NCBI GenBank assembly: GCA_950097015.1
Contig: CATNEN010000001.1
Coordinates: 9,548,001 to 9,612,000, forward strand
Direction: 5' to 3'
From: Macrostomum hystrix
Lineage: Eukaryota > Animalia > Platyhelminthes
DNA length: 64,000 nt
Made by a program: the position numbers and the translations under genes. Positions 52,421 to 63,620 of the stretch are shown here, in pieces. Within the stretch, counting starts at the first letter, position 1; every line of letters begins with the position of its first letter. Below the pieces are notes generated by a model. That model was given only the letters and a program-made list of their open reading frames with translations. It had not been told where the DNA came from and searched no databases.

Positions 52421-53492
52421 TGCCATCAACAGCGGTGATCAACCAGTCGAAACGCGGGCGCATGAAGACTTTGACCTGCGGAACAATCTGGCCGAACCAG
52501 CCGAGCTTTCCAATTACCTTCTGAGCAGAGCGCAAGTGCAGCCGATTCTCCTTGCGAGTCTGACTCAGCAGCTTCATCGTCTCCAGGGCCTTTTCCTCGG
52601 GCAGCGTTTTCGTGCCGGTCGCTGTGTTGATACACACGCCAAGGAAGTTGATGCACTGGGCCGGCCTGACCACCTTGTCCCAGTTGATGGTGAAGCCGAG
52701 ACGCTGGAGGATGTCCAGCAGGTAGTTGAAAACAGCAGAAACTTCAGACTCCGACCGCCCAGCAACAGCCCAGTCGTCCAGGTAGTTCACCGTGGCTGTG
52801 AATCCAAGCTTTTGCATGTGACGAGTCACGGCGGCAGAGAGGCGGTGAAAAACCTCGCAAGCAGCTTTGGCACCAATCGGCAGCCTGGTGTCGCAGAGCA
52901 GACTGTCGTGGCTGTCCGTATCAAACTGCCAGGAGAGACCGACGAGGGCGTAGTCCTCCGGCCTTATCGGCACGGACCTGTAGGCATTCTTGAGGTCGAT
53001 CTTGGCCATGTAGCATCCAGGATGAAGATGGCGGACCAGTTGCTGGACAGTGCCGTACTTAATGTGTTTCTGCTGGTCGTAGCAGTCGTTGACCGACTGG
53101 CCGGACGGGTGGGACAGGTCGTGGATCAGGCAGATCCGCCCGTCGGGCTTGGGGATGGCGCCGATAGGATTGACTTTAATCGGACCGCTGCACCTGATGT
53201 ACATCCCCAGGCGCAGCTCCTCCTGGATCTGGGCTTCAACTGCGTCGTGGTGCATCATGGCGGAGGCGTGATTCTTGGACGACGTCATAGGCGGATGACC
53301 AGCGTTGGTGAGGGCGAACCCGTAAACGGCACCTTGCATCAGGAATTCGCGGTCAGGGTCGTCGCTTAGCAAAGCATTCCAGACATCAGGTTTGAGATCA
53401 GACGAAATGGATGAGGAAGTAAAAGCAGAAACACCGGCGGTAAAATCAGGGTAGTCAGCTTGATAAAAAGACTTCAGTTTTTGCACTCGCAC
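52386..53492 (-). CDS. Reverse transcriptase of the DIRS/Ngaro-like element (3'-truncated)
   Basis: YLDD catalytic motif and conserved RT domains; the ORF runs into the minisatellite. Confidence 0.88.
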   Translation of the reverse strand: MRVQKLKSFYQADYPDFTAGVSAFTSSSISSDLKPDVWNALLSDDPDREFLMQGAVYGFALTNAGHPPMTSSKNHASAMMHHDAVEAQIQEELRLGMYIRCSGPIKVNPIGAIPKPDGRICLIHDLSHPSGQSVNDCYDQQKHIKYGTVQQLVRHLHPGCYMAKIDLKNAYRSVPIRPEDYALVGLSWQFDTDSHDSLLCDTRLPIGAKAACEVFHRLSAAVTRHMQKLGFTATVNYLDDWAVAGRSESEVSAVFNYLLDILQRLGFTINWDKVVRPAQCINFLGVCINTATGTKTLPEEKALETMKLLSQTRKENRLHLRSAQKVIGKLGWFGQIVPQVKVFMRPRFDWLITAVDGNIRNICEIRNV

Positions 53493-54790
53493 CAGTCACG
53501 TGACCTGCGAGCTGACCATGGGCGTGAGCCGGATGCGGTGTCTGGCAGCCTTGGATCTTGCAGACGTGGCGGAACTTGCAGCGCTGGTGTGTGCAGCCCG
53601 CCTCGGAGTTGAACCTCAAGCGAATAGGCCGGGAAGTTGCCGATGTTGAGGGCAGCTGATGTTGGTTGAGTTGCTTAGCCATAGTAAACCGCAGGTTGTT
53701 CGGCGCGTTGAGATGCTTGTGGTACAACTGAGGGGGCTCCTCGCCCCAGAGCATGCCGGTCTCAGCCACCAGTTTTCGATAGTCTTCATCAAACTCCCAG
53801 ATCACGGATTGGGGGTAATCAGCATCCAGCAGCTCTCCAATCTTCCGGTTGTAGTCAAGATAGCCAAGAACATCAGTCAGGAGACCGGTGTCTTCGGAAG
53901 CCGGCTGTAGCTTCTTTCGGATCATCTCTCGCAGGATGATGGAGTTAGCGGCTATCCATTGACCAACCGAGATGCTAGACAGTTTTGGCTCCTGCTTCCT
54001 GAATTTGAGAGCGCCATTCTCCATGGTAGCTATCAGCTGCTCCTGACTGGCTGAACCGACTCTACTGGACGGCTTCATGTGGTCTCTGATCAACTGCGCT
54101 TTGTGGGTTGAGACGCGGGAGTTGCTGGGCTGGAGCTGCGTCGCCTCTCTCACCCCAGAGACAAAAACATCAGACAAATGCAGGTTAGCGTGAAGTTCTG
54201 CTCACCTGGCGTTGGCTGAGGCTGCACCGCCGGTCGTTGCTGGGAGTGAAGCTGCTGCTGGAGTTCACGGCGACGACCCTCCAGGACACGCACTTCGAGC
54301 AGCTCCACCTCCTGCCGCAGCGCCGCCAGCTGGTCGCTCCTCGCCCCCGGAGACGCCTCGCCCGCACTGCCGTTACCGACATCGGTGCCAGGAGAAGCCC
54401 TCGCGGTTTCTTGAGTGTTGACCTGCTCTGAGCTGAGTGCTGTGGATAGACGCTGGGACGCTTGTTGCCAGTAGCAGGTAGGCCTCTATTCTGCAGCTCT
54501 GCCTTGAGTTAAGACGCTGTGGGCTAGCACTCATATCGCAAAGGGCTGCTGAGCAAGGTAAAAAAATTTTAACAAACCGCGGCAGAGGTGAGACGGTAGG
54601 AGCGCGGGGGCTTAAAGCGAGCCGGGGCAGCCAGCCACCCCACGCCCCCCGCCTCCAGAGTACACGCACGCACGCACAAAGCACCACCCCGACGGTGTGT
54701 CTAACACACCTTACTCAGAGAGTAACGAACACAAAAAATCCCGAGTGCCGAATGCTCGAGCGATTTAAACAAATACAACCCGTAAAAGCC
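52420..54790 (-). mobile_element. Truncated tyrosine-recombinase-class (DIRS/Ngaro-like) retrotransposon: gag-like ORF + overlapping RT
   Basis: RT with ICLIHDLS, KIDLKNAYRSVPI, LPIG, NYLDDW, GFTINWDK, FLG. The upstream ORF ends in a Cys/His knuckle (CTHQRCKFRHVC...C..PHPAH) and overlaps RT in another frame. RNase H and YR are absent. The 5' boundary is approximate. Confidence 0.82.
53455..54177 (-). CDS. Gag-like ORF of the DIRS/Ngaro-like element (5' part disrupted)
   Basis: WEFDEDYRKL...W motif and C-terminal Cys/His cluster; lies immediately upstream of RT. Confidence 0.65.
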   Translation of the reverse strand: MSDVFVSGVREATQLQPSNSRVSTHKAQLIRDHMKPSSRVGSASQEQLIATMENGALKFRKQEPKLSSISVGQWIAANSIILREMIRKKLQPASEDTGLLTDVLGYLDYNRKIGELLDADYPQSVIWEFDEDYRKLVAETGMLWGEEPPQLYHKHLNAPNNLRFTMAKQLNQHQLPSTSATSRPIRLRFNSEAGCTHQRCKFRHVCKIQGCQTPHPAHAHGQLAGHVTGASAKTEVFLSS

Positions 54791-54964
54791 GGAATTTATT
54801 TCGGGTCTTTAGTCTGCTGATTGGCATTTCTTTGTCATTCTTTATCATGAGCTATTAAAATCCTTGTATTTTCGCTTCTGTGTTATTGCATTTAATATTT
54901 TTAGAATCCCATATATTAGTTCAAGGGTCCTCAACCAAGTTTACTTATCTAGCCTTGTTCACCC

Positions 54965-55155
54965 TGAGCTTCTCATCGTCAGGCAGAGTACACTCTTCCT
55001 GTGCCTGGGAGATTGGCTCTCAAGGCGTAAATTGCACGACAAGCCCCGAAAGCCTTTTCTGCGCATCTGGATCCCAAATGCCACGACTCGAATTCGAGCC
55101 CAGGACTTTGTCATGAGAGGCCAATGCATTAGACTGTTCTGACACTCAACCCCTC
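54965..55155 (-). mobile_element. Diverged SINE B-related fragment
   Basis: Reverse complement contains GGCTTGTCGTGCAATTTACGCC...GTGTACTCTGCCTGACGATGAGAAG, shared with SINE B. Confidence 0.7.
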
Positions 55156-55726
55156 AGATACAAGGTTCGCCTACAAAAATGTATGAGCCGTTTCTTTTCA
55201 CTGCTCATGCAATTCGATATCAACTAGAAATTCACAGACACACAGGTACCAACTGATAGCCAGTGCTATATCAGATAAGACTGGACTGTAGCATACTCAG
55301 CACTAGAAAAACCAAGACAGTTTGAGCACACAAGAGACTGGAGGCCAAAAACTTTAATTTTTCGCGAGAGACACAAACTAACGACACAGACAGCTCAAAG
55401 CAGTCACTGAGCAACGGACATCGTCGAGTCACAACTGCGAACCTCCCTGCCAGTGTCCGTAAACTGCAGGTTGATCAGTGAGTCACTTTAATATTGCATG
55501 AATTGTTTCAGTATGCATTTTGCAATCGAATACATTTCGGGACAAGCTAACTTGAGGACAAAATGAAACTAAAATTGCAACTAGTTATTTTACAAATAAT
55601 AATTTTTTACTTGATAACTAACTAGCATGAAGTAACGCCATAATCAATTTCAACTTGTATTTTTTGAAGCAAATCGTATGTCTAATCGAACCAGTTTCGT
55701 CTAACACCTCCCAAACACATTCCAAA

Positions 55727-56232
55727 ACCCCATCCTCCCCTATCACCCCATCCTCCCCTATCACCCCATCCTCCCCTATCACCCCATCCTCCCCTATCAC
55801 TCCATCCTCCCCTATCACTCCATCCTCCCCTATCACCCCATCCTCCCCTATCACTCCATCCTCCCCTATCACTCCATCCCCCCTATCACCCCATCCTCCC
55901 CTATCACCCATCCTCTCCCATCACCCCATCCTTTCATGTCACCCCATCCTCACCTAACACCCAATCCATTCATGTCACCCCATCCTCCCCTATCACCCCA
56001 TCCTCCCCTATCACCCCATCCTCCCCTATCACCCCATCCTCCCCTATCACCCATCCTCTCCCATCACCCCATCCTTTCATGTCACCCCATCCTCCCCTAT
56101 CACCCATCCTCTCCCATCACCCCATCCTTTCATGTCACCCCATCCTCCCCTATCACCCATCCTCCCCTATCACCCCATCCTCTCCCATCACCTCATCCTC
56201 TCCCATCACCTCATCCTCTCCCATCACCCCAT
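55727..56232. repeat. 18-bp C-rich minisatellite (CCCCTATCACCCCATCCT)n upstream of ANK-cGLR copy 2
   Basis: Paralogous to 41010-43245. Confidence 0.92.
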
Positions 56233-56821
56233 TGCTGACAGGCCGACCCTTTGCTGACAGGCTAATTGGAATGTGGGTCCCCTGTTTGATTGATCTTAGG
56301 TCGCTGCTTCTTGAACCTGTGTGTTATCATCGCCGGTTTCGAAACATTTTTGTTGTAAGCAAAACATTTTTTCCTCGCCAATGGGACGAGTGGGACTGGC
56401 TTGCCTGATGTCAATAGGACCACTCACATATTTCACTGACCCCTGCCCCCTTCCCCTCCGTCTACTTCCGGAGCCTGCTTTCCTCGCAACTCTCTCCTGT
56501 CCCCTTCCCCCTGTCCCCTTCACTCTCCCCTGTCCTCTACCCTGCTCCCTCCTTCCTTCCCCCTCCCTCCCTGCACTGGCGAGCCTAAATTTCCTCTCCC
56601 TTAATTGCTTGCTCTGCCAGCCGCTCAACTGTGTGCTAGTCCCGCGGGTAAGGATTAATCGACAGTCATGACACTCCACCACTCTTGAAGTCCAGGCACC
56701 CACACTTCAACAAAGAAATTCCATAAAACCATGAAAGACTGAAAATTATAACAAACTCCATACTCCAATGACATAAAACAAGCAGGCGATACCTTGAGAA
56801 GAAAAGCCAACGACATTTGAG

Positions 56822-59800
56822 ATGGGACAACACATTGGCCTTCAAGGAGCTGCCAGACACGGGCACCTCAAAATAGTTCGACTTCACATGACATTTGTCA
56901 GGGGCAATCAACGAAAGAATGCATTGTGCGTCAAGACTTGTCAAGTAGCAGCGGGGGAGGGTCAGTTGAATGTGGTTCGATTTCTTGTGGAGACAATCGC
57001 TGACCAAACAATGAGAGGTCTGTGCTGCATGAATGCAACGGTTATTGCTGTAATCAACGGTCAGTGGGAAGTGGTTCCATTTCTTGTGCAGACAATCGCT
57101 GACCAAACAATGAGAGATCAGAGCTGCATGGAGGCTACGGATTATGCCGCAAACAACGGTCAGTGGGAAGTGGTTCGATTTCTTGTGCAGACAGTCGCCG
57201 ACCAAAATATGAAAGATCAGTGCTGCATTAAGGCTACGGATTATGCTGCAAACAAGGGTCAGTGGGAAGTGGTTCCATTTCTTGTGCAGACAATCGCTGA
57301 CCAAAGTGTGAGAGATCGATGCTGCATGAAGGCTGCGGAATCTGCTGCAATCAAGGGTCAGTTGGAAGTGGTTCCATTTCTTGTGCAGACAATCGCTGAA
57401 CAAACAATGAGAGATCAGTGCTGCATGGAGGCTACGGATTATGCCGCAAACAACGGTCAGTGGGAAGTGGTTCGATTTCTTGTGCAGACAGTCGCCGACC
57501 AAAATATGAAAGATCAGTGCTGCATTAAGGCTACGTATTATGCTGCAAACAAGGGTCAGTGGGAAGTGGTTCCATTTCTTGTGCAGACAATCGCTGACCA
57601 AACAATGAGATATGAATGCTGCATGGAGGCTACGGATTATGCTGCAATCACCGGTCAGTGGGAAGTGGTTCGATTTCTTGTGCAGACAGTCGCTGACCAA
57701 ACTATGAGAGATCAGTTCTGCATGAAGGCTGCGGAATCTGCTGCAATCAAGGGTCAGTTGGAAGTGGTTCGATTTCTTGTGCAGACAATCGCTGACCAAA
57801 CAATGAGAGATCAGTGCTGCATGAAGGCTGTGGAATCTGCTGCAATCAATGGTCAGTTGGAAGTGGTTCGATTTCTTGTTCAGACAGTCGCTGGTCAGCG
57901 TTCACGGAATCAGAGCTGCGAAGAGGCTGGTGAGTCTGCTGAAAGAGAACTTGTCCTAACTTCTCTTCGCAAAAAATGCATTGAGGCAGCTTGCTCTCGT
58001 CTCCACGAAGACATTGTGGCTTTTCTCGGACTAGAGCCCTGCTGGCTTCTTCACTCAAGCCAAGTCCTCAGATTTGCCGCCTCGATGGCCACTGAGGGCA
58101 GGAACTCTGTTCTCGCCCAGACCCTGTCTCGAATGCAGCCAGCTGAGATCACACAGCTGCTCTGTCTCTCCATCCAACACGGTCATGTTGCGCTGGCTCT
58201 TACTGTCATGGAAGACAAGCAATTCAGCAGAGAATATGTCGATTCGCCCGACGGCGGTGGAGCTACAGCCCTCATGCTGTCAGCTGATGCAGGTCATCAC
58301 GAGCTCATTGACAAGCTGCTAGAATTAGGTGCGTCAGTGAGGGCACAAGACAGTCAGGGTCGGACAGCTCTGTCGCGAGCTTGTGAAGCGGGTCATGTGC
58401 GAGCAGCCAAGAGTCTGATGGTCAGAGGCGCGGATGCGAGTCATCGAGACGCTCGGGGTCGGACATGCGCGCAGCTGGCCGAGCAACACCCGCAGCTGCT
58501 GCGACTGCTGGCGCCCCAGGCTTTGATGTAAGCTGAATTTCTTAAACTGAATTTTCTCATCTCCGTGAGACACTGAAGTGCCGCAATTTCTCAAATTGAA
58601 TTTCGTTACTTTTTTGCACAGAAAGTTTGCGTCACACTCTTTAGCTCTTAATTGGAGCATCTGCGCTAGTTTCAACGCTAGGTTTTAGGACACAACTTGT
58701 CAATTAATTTCTTAATCGTACTTTTATTTTGCTGGCAATAAAATTTGCGGCTAATTTACATTTCAGCCCTGATGCAAAAGCCACTGTTACTCGTCCATTA
58801 AGTTTCGGCGGCTTACGGACCGAGACAGAATTTCAGCAGGATCTGGATGCGTAAGTGTTCTTTTCGTTTCGCTTGCCAGTTATTTTTGCAGCGTTGATTG
58901 GCTCACCATTGCCTCATTCTAGGATTTCCCTAAATCCTTTTGATTTTCGCAGCTCTTTGCTCGCAAGCTGGCTCGAGTGGCGAGCTGTTCCAAAGAAGCA
59001 TATAACTTGAAAAGTGTGATTTCATAATATTCCAGAACCCGTAGCACTCTCTTGGCCTTGTCCTAGAAACCAGCTGGTGTCCTCTCTCGAGACAGGAAAT
59101 ATCAATAATACAGAATATTCAGCATTTAACTAAAAACTCTAGTACATGTAAGAGAGGCCAGAACTTTCCTTTGTTCTGCAGGCTCCAAGACGAGTCACGG
59201 CACGACAGTCGGCTCAGTGAAGATCTGCACCGGCTGCTTAGCGAGGCGGGATTCACTCGGCGCAGAGCTCAGTGCCAGCAGCGAATGGCTGCCTGGCTGG
59301 AAGGAGTCGCTCGATTCCTCACTCAAGAGGACAGGTGGATGACAGGTAGCTTCGCAGAGGGCTGGGCCAACAGTCTGGTGCAAGTGAACGGCAGGACAGC
59401 GGCAGACTCCGACATCGACTGGACTGTGCTGGTCGCTGGGCAGGAGTTTCACTTGGAGGGCCACTGCATTGAAAGGTTGTACACCACCTGCAAAGTGTCT
59501 ACGAAGCTGAAGGTCACGGAGGGTCACGCGCAGGTGGCCGTGGGATCAGGTGAGTTCCTGGACAATTTTGAACAGTCTTGGGACCTGGGACTTAACTCAC
59601 AACTTTTGGATCCCTCACTCACCGACCTGTGCAGGCAGCCAGCCGGCCGTCAGAACCGATGCATGCGGTGTGCGGCCTGCTCAGGACACCTGCCATGCGA
59701 TCCAGTGCTGCAGCAAGCTCAGTGAGCACAGAATCAAAAAGCTTATAAAGACTGAAAACTTTGATGCAGTTCACCTCGTGAGAGCGACCAGACCGAACTC

Positions 59801-61073
59801 GACCAACGAGCTCAGACTGAGCTTCAGCTTCCACGAGAGAGAGGCCATGAGACGGCTGAGCACAGTCCAGGGACAGCTTTTTACACTCATCAAATTTATC
59901 TTCAAAAGATACTTGCCACACACTCTGGGCACACCTGGACTCAAGACCTACCATGCAAAGACTCTGCTCTTCTTCATGCTGGAGAAGCATGGCACAGATC
60001 CAAATGCTGAAGATTGGCAGCCTAAGAATCTTATCTCACTGCTGAAGGTGTCTTTCGACATGATGCTGAGCTTCATCGACTCAAGCAGCTCACCCGATGA
60101 GTGCATGCCGCACTTCTTCATGTCCGACGCTCCGCTCTACTTCAAGAACGCTGGAATCGGCGGCGACTTCGACAACACGAAGGCGAGGGTTCGAGACCGA
60201 CTGAGAGAGCTGAGAAGCGACATCGGCGGAGTGGTTGAGCAGATAAGGAGACTCGTGAGACCTCTGCAGTCAGAAAATTTCTTCTTTCACCCGTTTACTC
60301 TGCTGCCCCTGACAGCGCTTTCCACAGTCACTGAGCTGAAGACATATTACTTTGAAGAGTGTTCGAATGTGTTCAGTGTGGTGCAGCAGTGCATGGCCGA
60401 GCTGCAGTCAGAGTCATCTGACAGAGACACCCTGATGAGTCAGCTCAGTCTCCTGCATCAGCTGCGGTGGTGCAAGTGCGCCGCCCTGTGCATGACCGCA
60501 ATTGCTCATCTGAAGTTCGGAGACTCCGAGGAGGCTGAGAGACTCCTGATGGAGCTGCGAGGTCACGAATGCCAAAATGGACTGCGCCCAGAAGATTTCA
60601 GAGAAGTGATGTCCGTCATTCGGCTGCCCTCGGACTCGGACTGGGCGTGGAGGTTCTGCCTCCCCGCACACACTCCGCCTCGATATCCATTCCTTCCCGA
60701 GTCTACGCAGACTCTGCTCACAGCGAGACTGTCACAGCCTCGCTCTGAGCACCTGTACGTGAACTTCCGCTGCCTGAGCTGGAGTCTTCAAGCTGAGCTG
60801 CTCCCCAATCGCACAGCAATCGACTTCGGTGCGTGGCGCTCAGAGCTGCAAGAGGACCCGGACTTGGAGGAACTGCTCACTCTGGCTCACTACAGTGACC
60901 AAGCTGAGCACGTGGAGTTCAGTCTGCGACAGATGGAGATCGTCACGGTCGAAAAACGCGTCGCCATGGAAACGCAGGATGAGAAGAAGATCAGCTGGGT
61001 CAGGGACAAGCTGGAGCGAATTCGGCGCAAAGACATCTCCATGGAGACGGCGGTGCAGCAGAGAGATGGCTGA
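56822..61073 (+). CDS. Ankyrin-like repeat array + ankyrin + Mab-21/cGAS-like nucleotidyltransferase (cGLR), copy 2; 4 exons, ~1198 aa
   Basis: Exons 56822-58527, 58767-58850, 59182-59549 and 59635-61073 total 3597 nt, in frame. Same motifs as copy 1; 10 repeats; TGG>TGA shortens the C-terminus by 10 aa. Confidence 0.88.
56960..57897 (+). repeat. Coding tandem array of 10 x 99-bp units (last unit partial)
   Basis: GQ motif every 99 bp from 56960 to 57851. Confidence 0.95.
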
Positions 61074-61444
61074 CTCCACCCAAAGCTGCAGCGGTTTGCA
61101 TATTCAACAGCGGAGCCACTGACTGTTACATAATGTGAATTTCTACTAAGCCAGGCAGACCTTTCGGTCTCATATGTTCTGTTGCTACCTCAAGTTCATG
61201 TTGTGACACTTGTGACAAGTTCATAATTTCTATTTGCTTCGTAAATTAAATTTGATAAGTTTTGCTTATGTTTTCATATGTTTGCCTTTCCAGTTTCGAC
61301 TCCGATTGAAAAATGATAGAAGCCAAAGAACGTTTCGAAAATGAATTATATCGTTTTTACATGATTTCGCTATCATTGCGTTTTGAGAAATGACATTTTG
61401 ACGCTGCGAATTCACCTAAACTTTTTGCATATTTGAAAATATCA

Positions 61445-61700
61445 ACCACTTCATCATCCACACCAGAATCCGCCCCGTCATTAATTCCATCATCCGCCCC
61501 GTCATCCATTCCATCATCCACTCCAGAATCCGCCCCGTCATTAATTCCATCATCCGCCCCGTCATCCACTCCATCATCCACTCCAGAATCCGCCCCGTCA
61601 TCCGTCCCTTCATTCGCCCTATCATCCACTACATCATCCGCCCCGTCATCCGTCCCTTCATTCGCCCTATCATCCACTCCAACATCCGCCCGTCATTCAT
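61445..61700. repeat. CCATCATCCACTCC/CCGCCCCGTCA low-complexity repeat
   Basis: Visible; similar to the 51385-51565 tract behind copy 1. Confidence 0.8.
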
Positions 61701-61974
61701 TCATCATTCAATAAAATTGTTATAATATCAAGTTTTAAACATGGTTCTGATGAGCAGTCGCTAGTGCTTCATGAATTTTGGTGGGAGTCAGGTGATTCTT
61801 CCTCAGCGTGAAAATTGCTGCTCGCTGGGCCTCAGCGCTTTCAGCATCCAACGGATCGCTTAGCGAGAATTTGTGTTATGACAAGCTCATTGTGATTGGA
61901 CACGAGCCGAATTCGACTGTTTTCACCGCCACTGGACTAACTGCTTTACTAGTCTAAATTCTGCAAGGAGCTCC

Positions 61975-62279
61975 ATGGTCCCTGTGAGCTCGATTCCGCG
62001 GCGAGGCCACATTTATTTGGGGCGCAGCCGCGGACGGAAGGTTTGGGGTCTTGTCCTGCCATTTACGCTCTTGAGGGACAACCTCCAAGGCACAGTGAGA
62101 GTGTACAGTGCCTGACGATGAGAAAGTCAGGGCAGATGTACACACCTGTGTGAGCGTGTGCCTGCCTATATTGCTCGTATATGTGTGCGCGTGTGCTCAG
62201 GAGTCAGCGAAACGGCAGAAGCACGAAATACTGTGCTATTGCCTGCAGCCCTCCTGCAATTATTATTATTATTATTATA
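61975..62279 (+). mobile_element. SINE family B copy (5' degraded)
   Basis: CGATTCCGCGGCGAGGCCACATTT...CCTGACGATGAGAAAGTCAGGGCAG...(TAT)n tail. Confidence 0.85.
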
Positions 62280-62389
62280 CAAGATTTGACTCTAGCAGTA
62301 GCCTAAACTCTGTGAAGTGATCCGCTAGTTTTTTGAGACGCCAGCACTGGACGATTCGGTGTCAATCGACAGGTAAACAGGTAACAGGT

Positions 62390-63620
62390 AGCCAGGCTGC
62401 TATCGAGATGAAGTCGGCTGGGCCAAGGGTGGCGACAGCATTGCGTGGAGCTATTCAGGTGGCAATGGAGCCACGGCAAGCGGTAGCTTTATTGTTGGAC
62501 AGGCGGGCGGTTCAGAAGTTGTGTTTGGTGGCGGCGGCGGCGGCGGAGGAAGCTTCGTCTACGAAGTAGCGAACAATAGGCTGTTAATGGCAGCTGGTGG
62601 CGGAGGCGGCTCTTGTTCCACTCGTGACAGTAAATTAATCTAAATAGGTGGAGTTTTACCAAAATGAATCTTCGCATTGGAGGTCGTCAGTGTAAGAGTA
62701 GCTCGCAGTGGCTTCACAAAATGAAAGGCAATCAATCTGAGCATTGTACAATTGGGCCAGATGTGCAGCCGACAGCACAGCCGCAGCTATTGCGCGTCGC
62801 ATCTGAAGGCTGCGTATGGCTGTTCAGTCCATGGAATGCTGGCACCCATTTAACAGCTTGGTGAGCTGAAACAATGTGTCGCTAAGCTAAGTGTCTTGCT
62901 TAAGATACAAATTGTTCCAGTGGAGTCAGGAATCGAACCTTCGACTTTCAAGCTGTGAGTCCTGCGATCTAACCACTAAGCTACAACCCACTTAGCGACA
63001 CTACAAAGTACGCAATAGAGCAAAGATGCCTGAAATCAGCCAGCCAATCCGCGAGCTGAGCGAGGGCAAAGGGAGAGAGTGTGCGTGTGAACACAGGGAT
63101 CAGCCAATCAGCTCAGAGTGCGTAGCAAGGGTTAGAAAGTTCGGAGAACTGGAGGCCAACCAGCCAGAACCAGCTGACAATGTTGTCCTAAATTATCTAA
63201 CTTGACAATTAGCTTTCAAAGCTTGGAAACATTAATTGCAGGCCTTCCAGGAGAAGCAGGAACCGAAGGCAGCGAGTAGGCAAGCTATCTAATCAATCTG
63301 ATTTGCATTGGAGGTAAAAACGGTCAGCCAGGTTTTAACCAGCTGTGGAAGACTGGCAGCGGGGCCACACACGGAGGCTGTGGTGTAGGCTTGCTTGGCC
63401 CCGGTGAGCGAGGTGGCAGTCTAACCGATCGGCGGCAGCGCCGGAGACGGCCATGGCGACTTCGGCGGCGGCGCTGGCGGCGGCTTCAGCGACGGTGGCG
63501 CCAGCACTGGCGGCGGAAACTGCGGAGGTGGTGGCGTCACTGACGGCGGCTCATTCTGCAATTCCACCATAGCTGGAAATTCAGCTAATGAACACGGCTT
63601 TGTTGTGTTCCGACTCATAG
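62390..63620 (+). pseudogene. Decayed paralog of the ALK/LTK-type glycine-rich protein gene
   Basis: Frameshifted fragments GCYR, AKGGDS...GGNGAT, VGQAGG, GGGGGGSFVYEVANNRLLMAAGGGGGS. After TTGCAG|: GLPG, GGKNGQPG, THGGCGVG, GGAGGGFSDGG. Collinear with exons 2-3 of 32888-35519. Confidence 0.7.
62750..62990 (-). mobile_element. tRNA-derived SINE family A, copy 2
   Basis: Minus strand A-box TAGCTTAGTGG and B-box GGTTCGATTCC; aligns with 10140-10372. Confidence 0.8.

Noticed and set aside
52383-53369. 328-aa plus-strand ORF
   Set aside because: Antisense shadow of the RT gene; no recognisable domain.
62900-62990. tRNA gene
   Set aside because: A/B boxes continue into a SINE body shared with 10140-10372; no complete cloverleaf evident.
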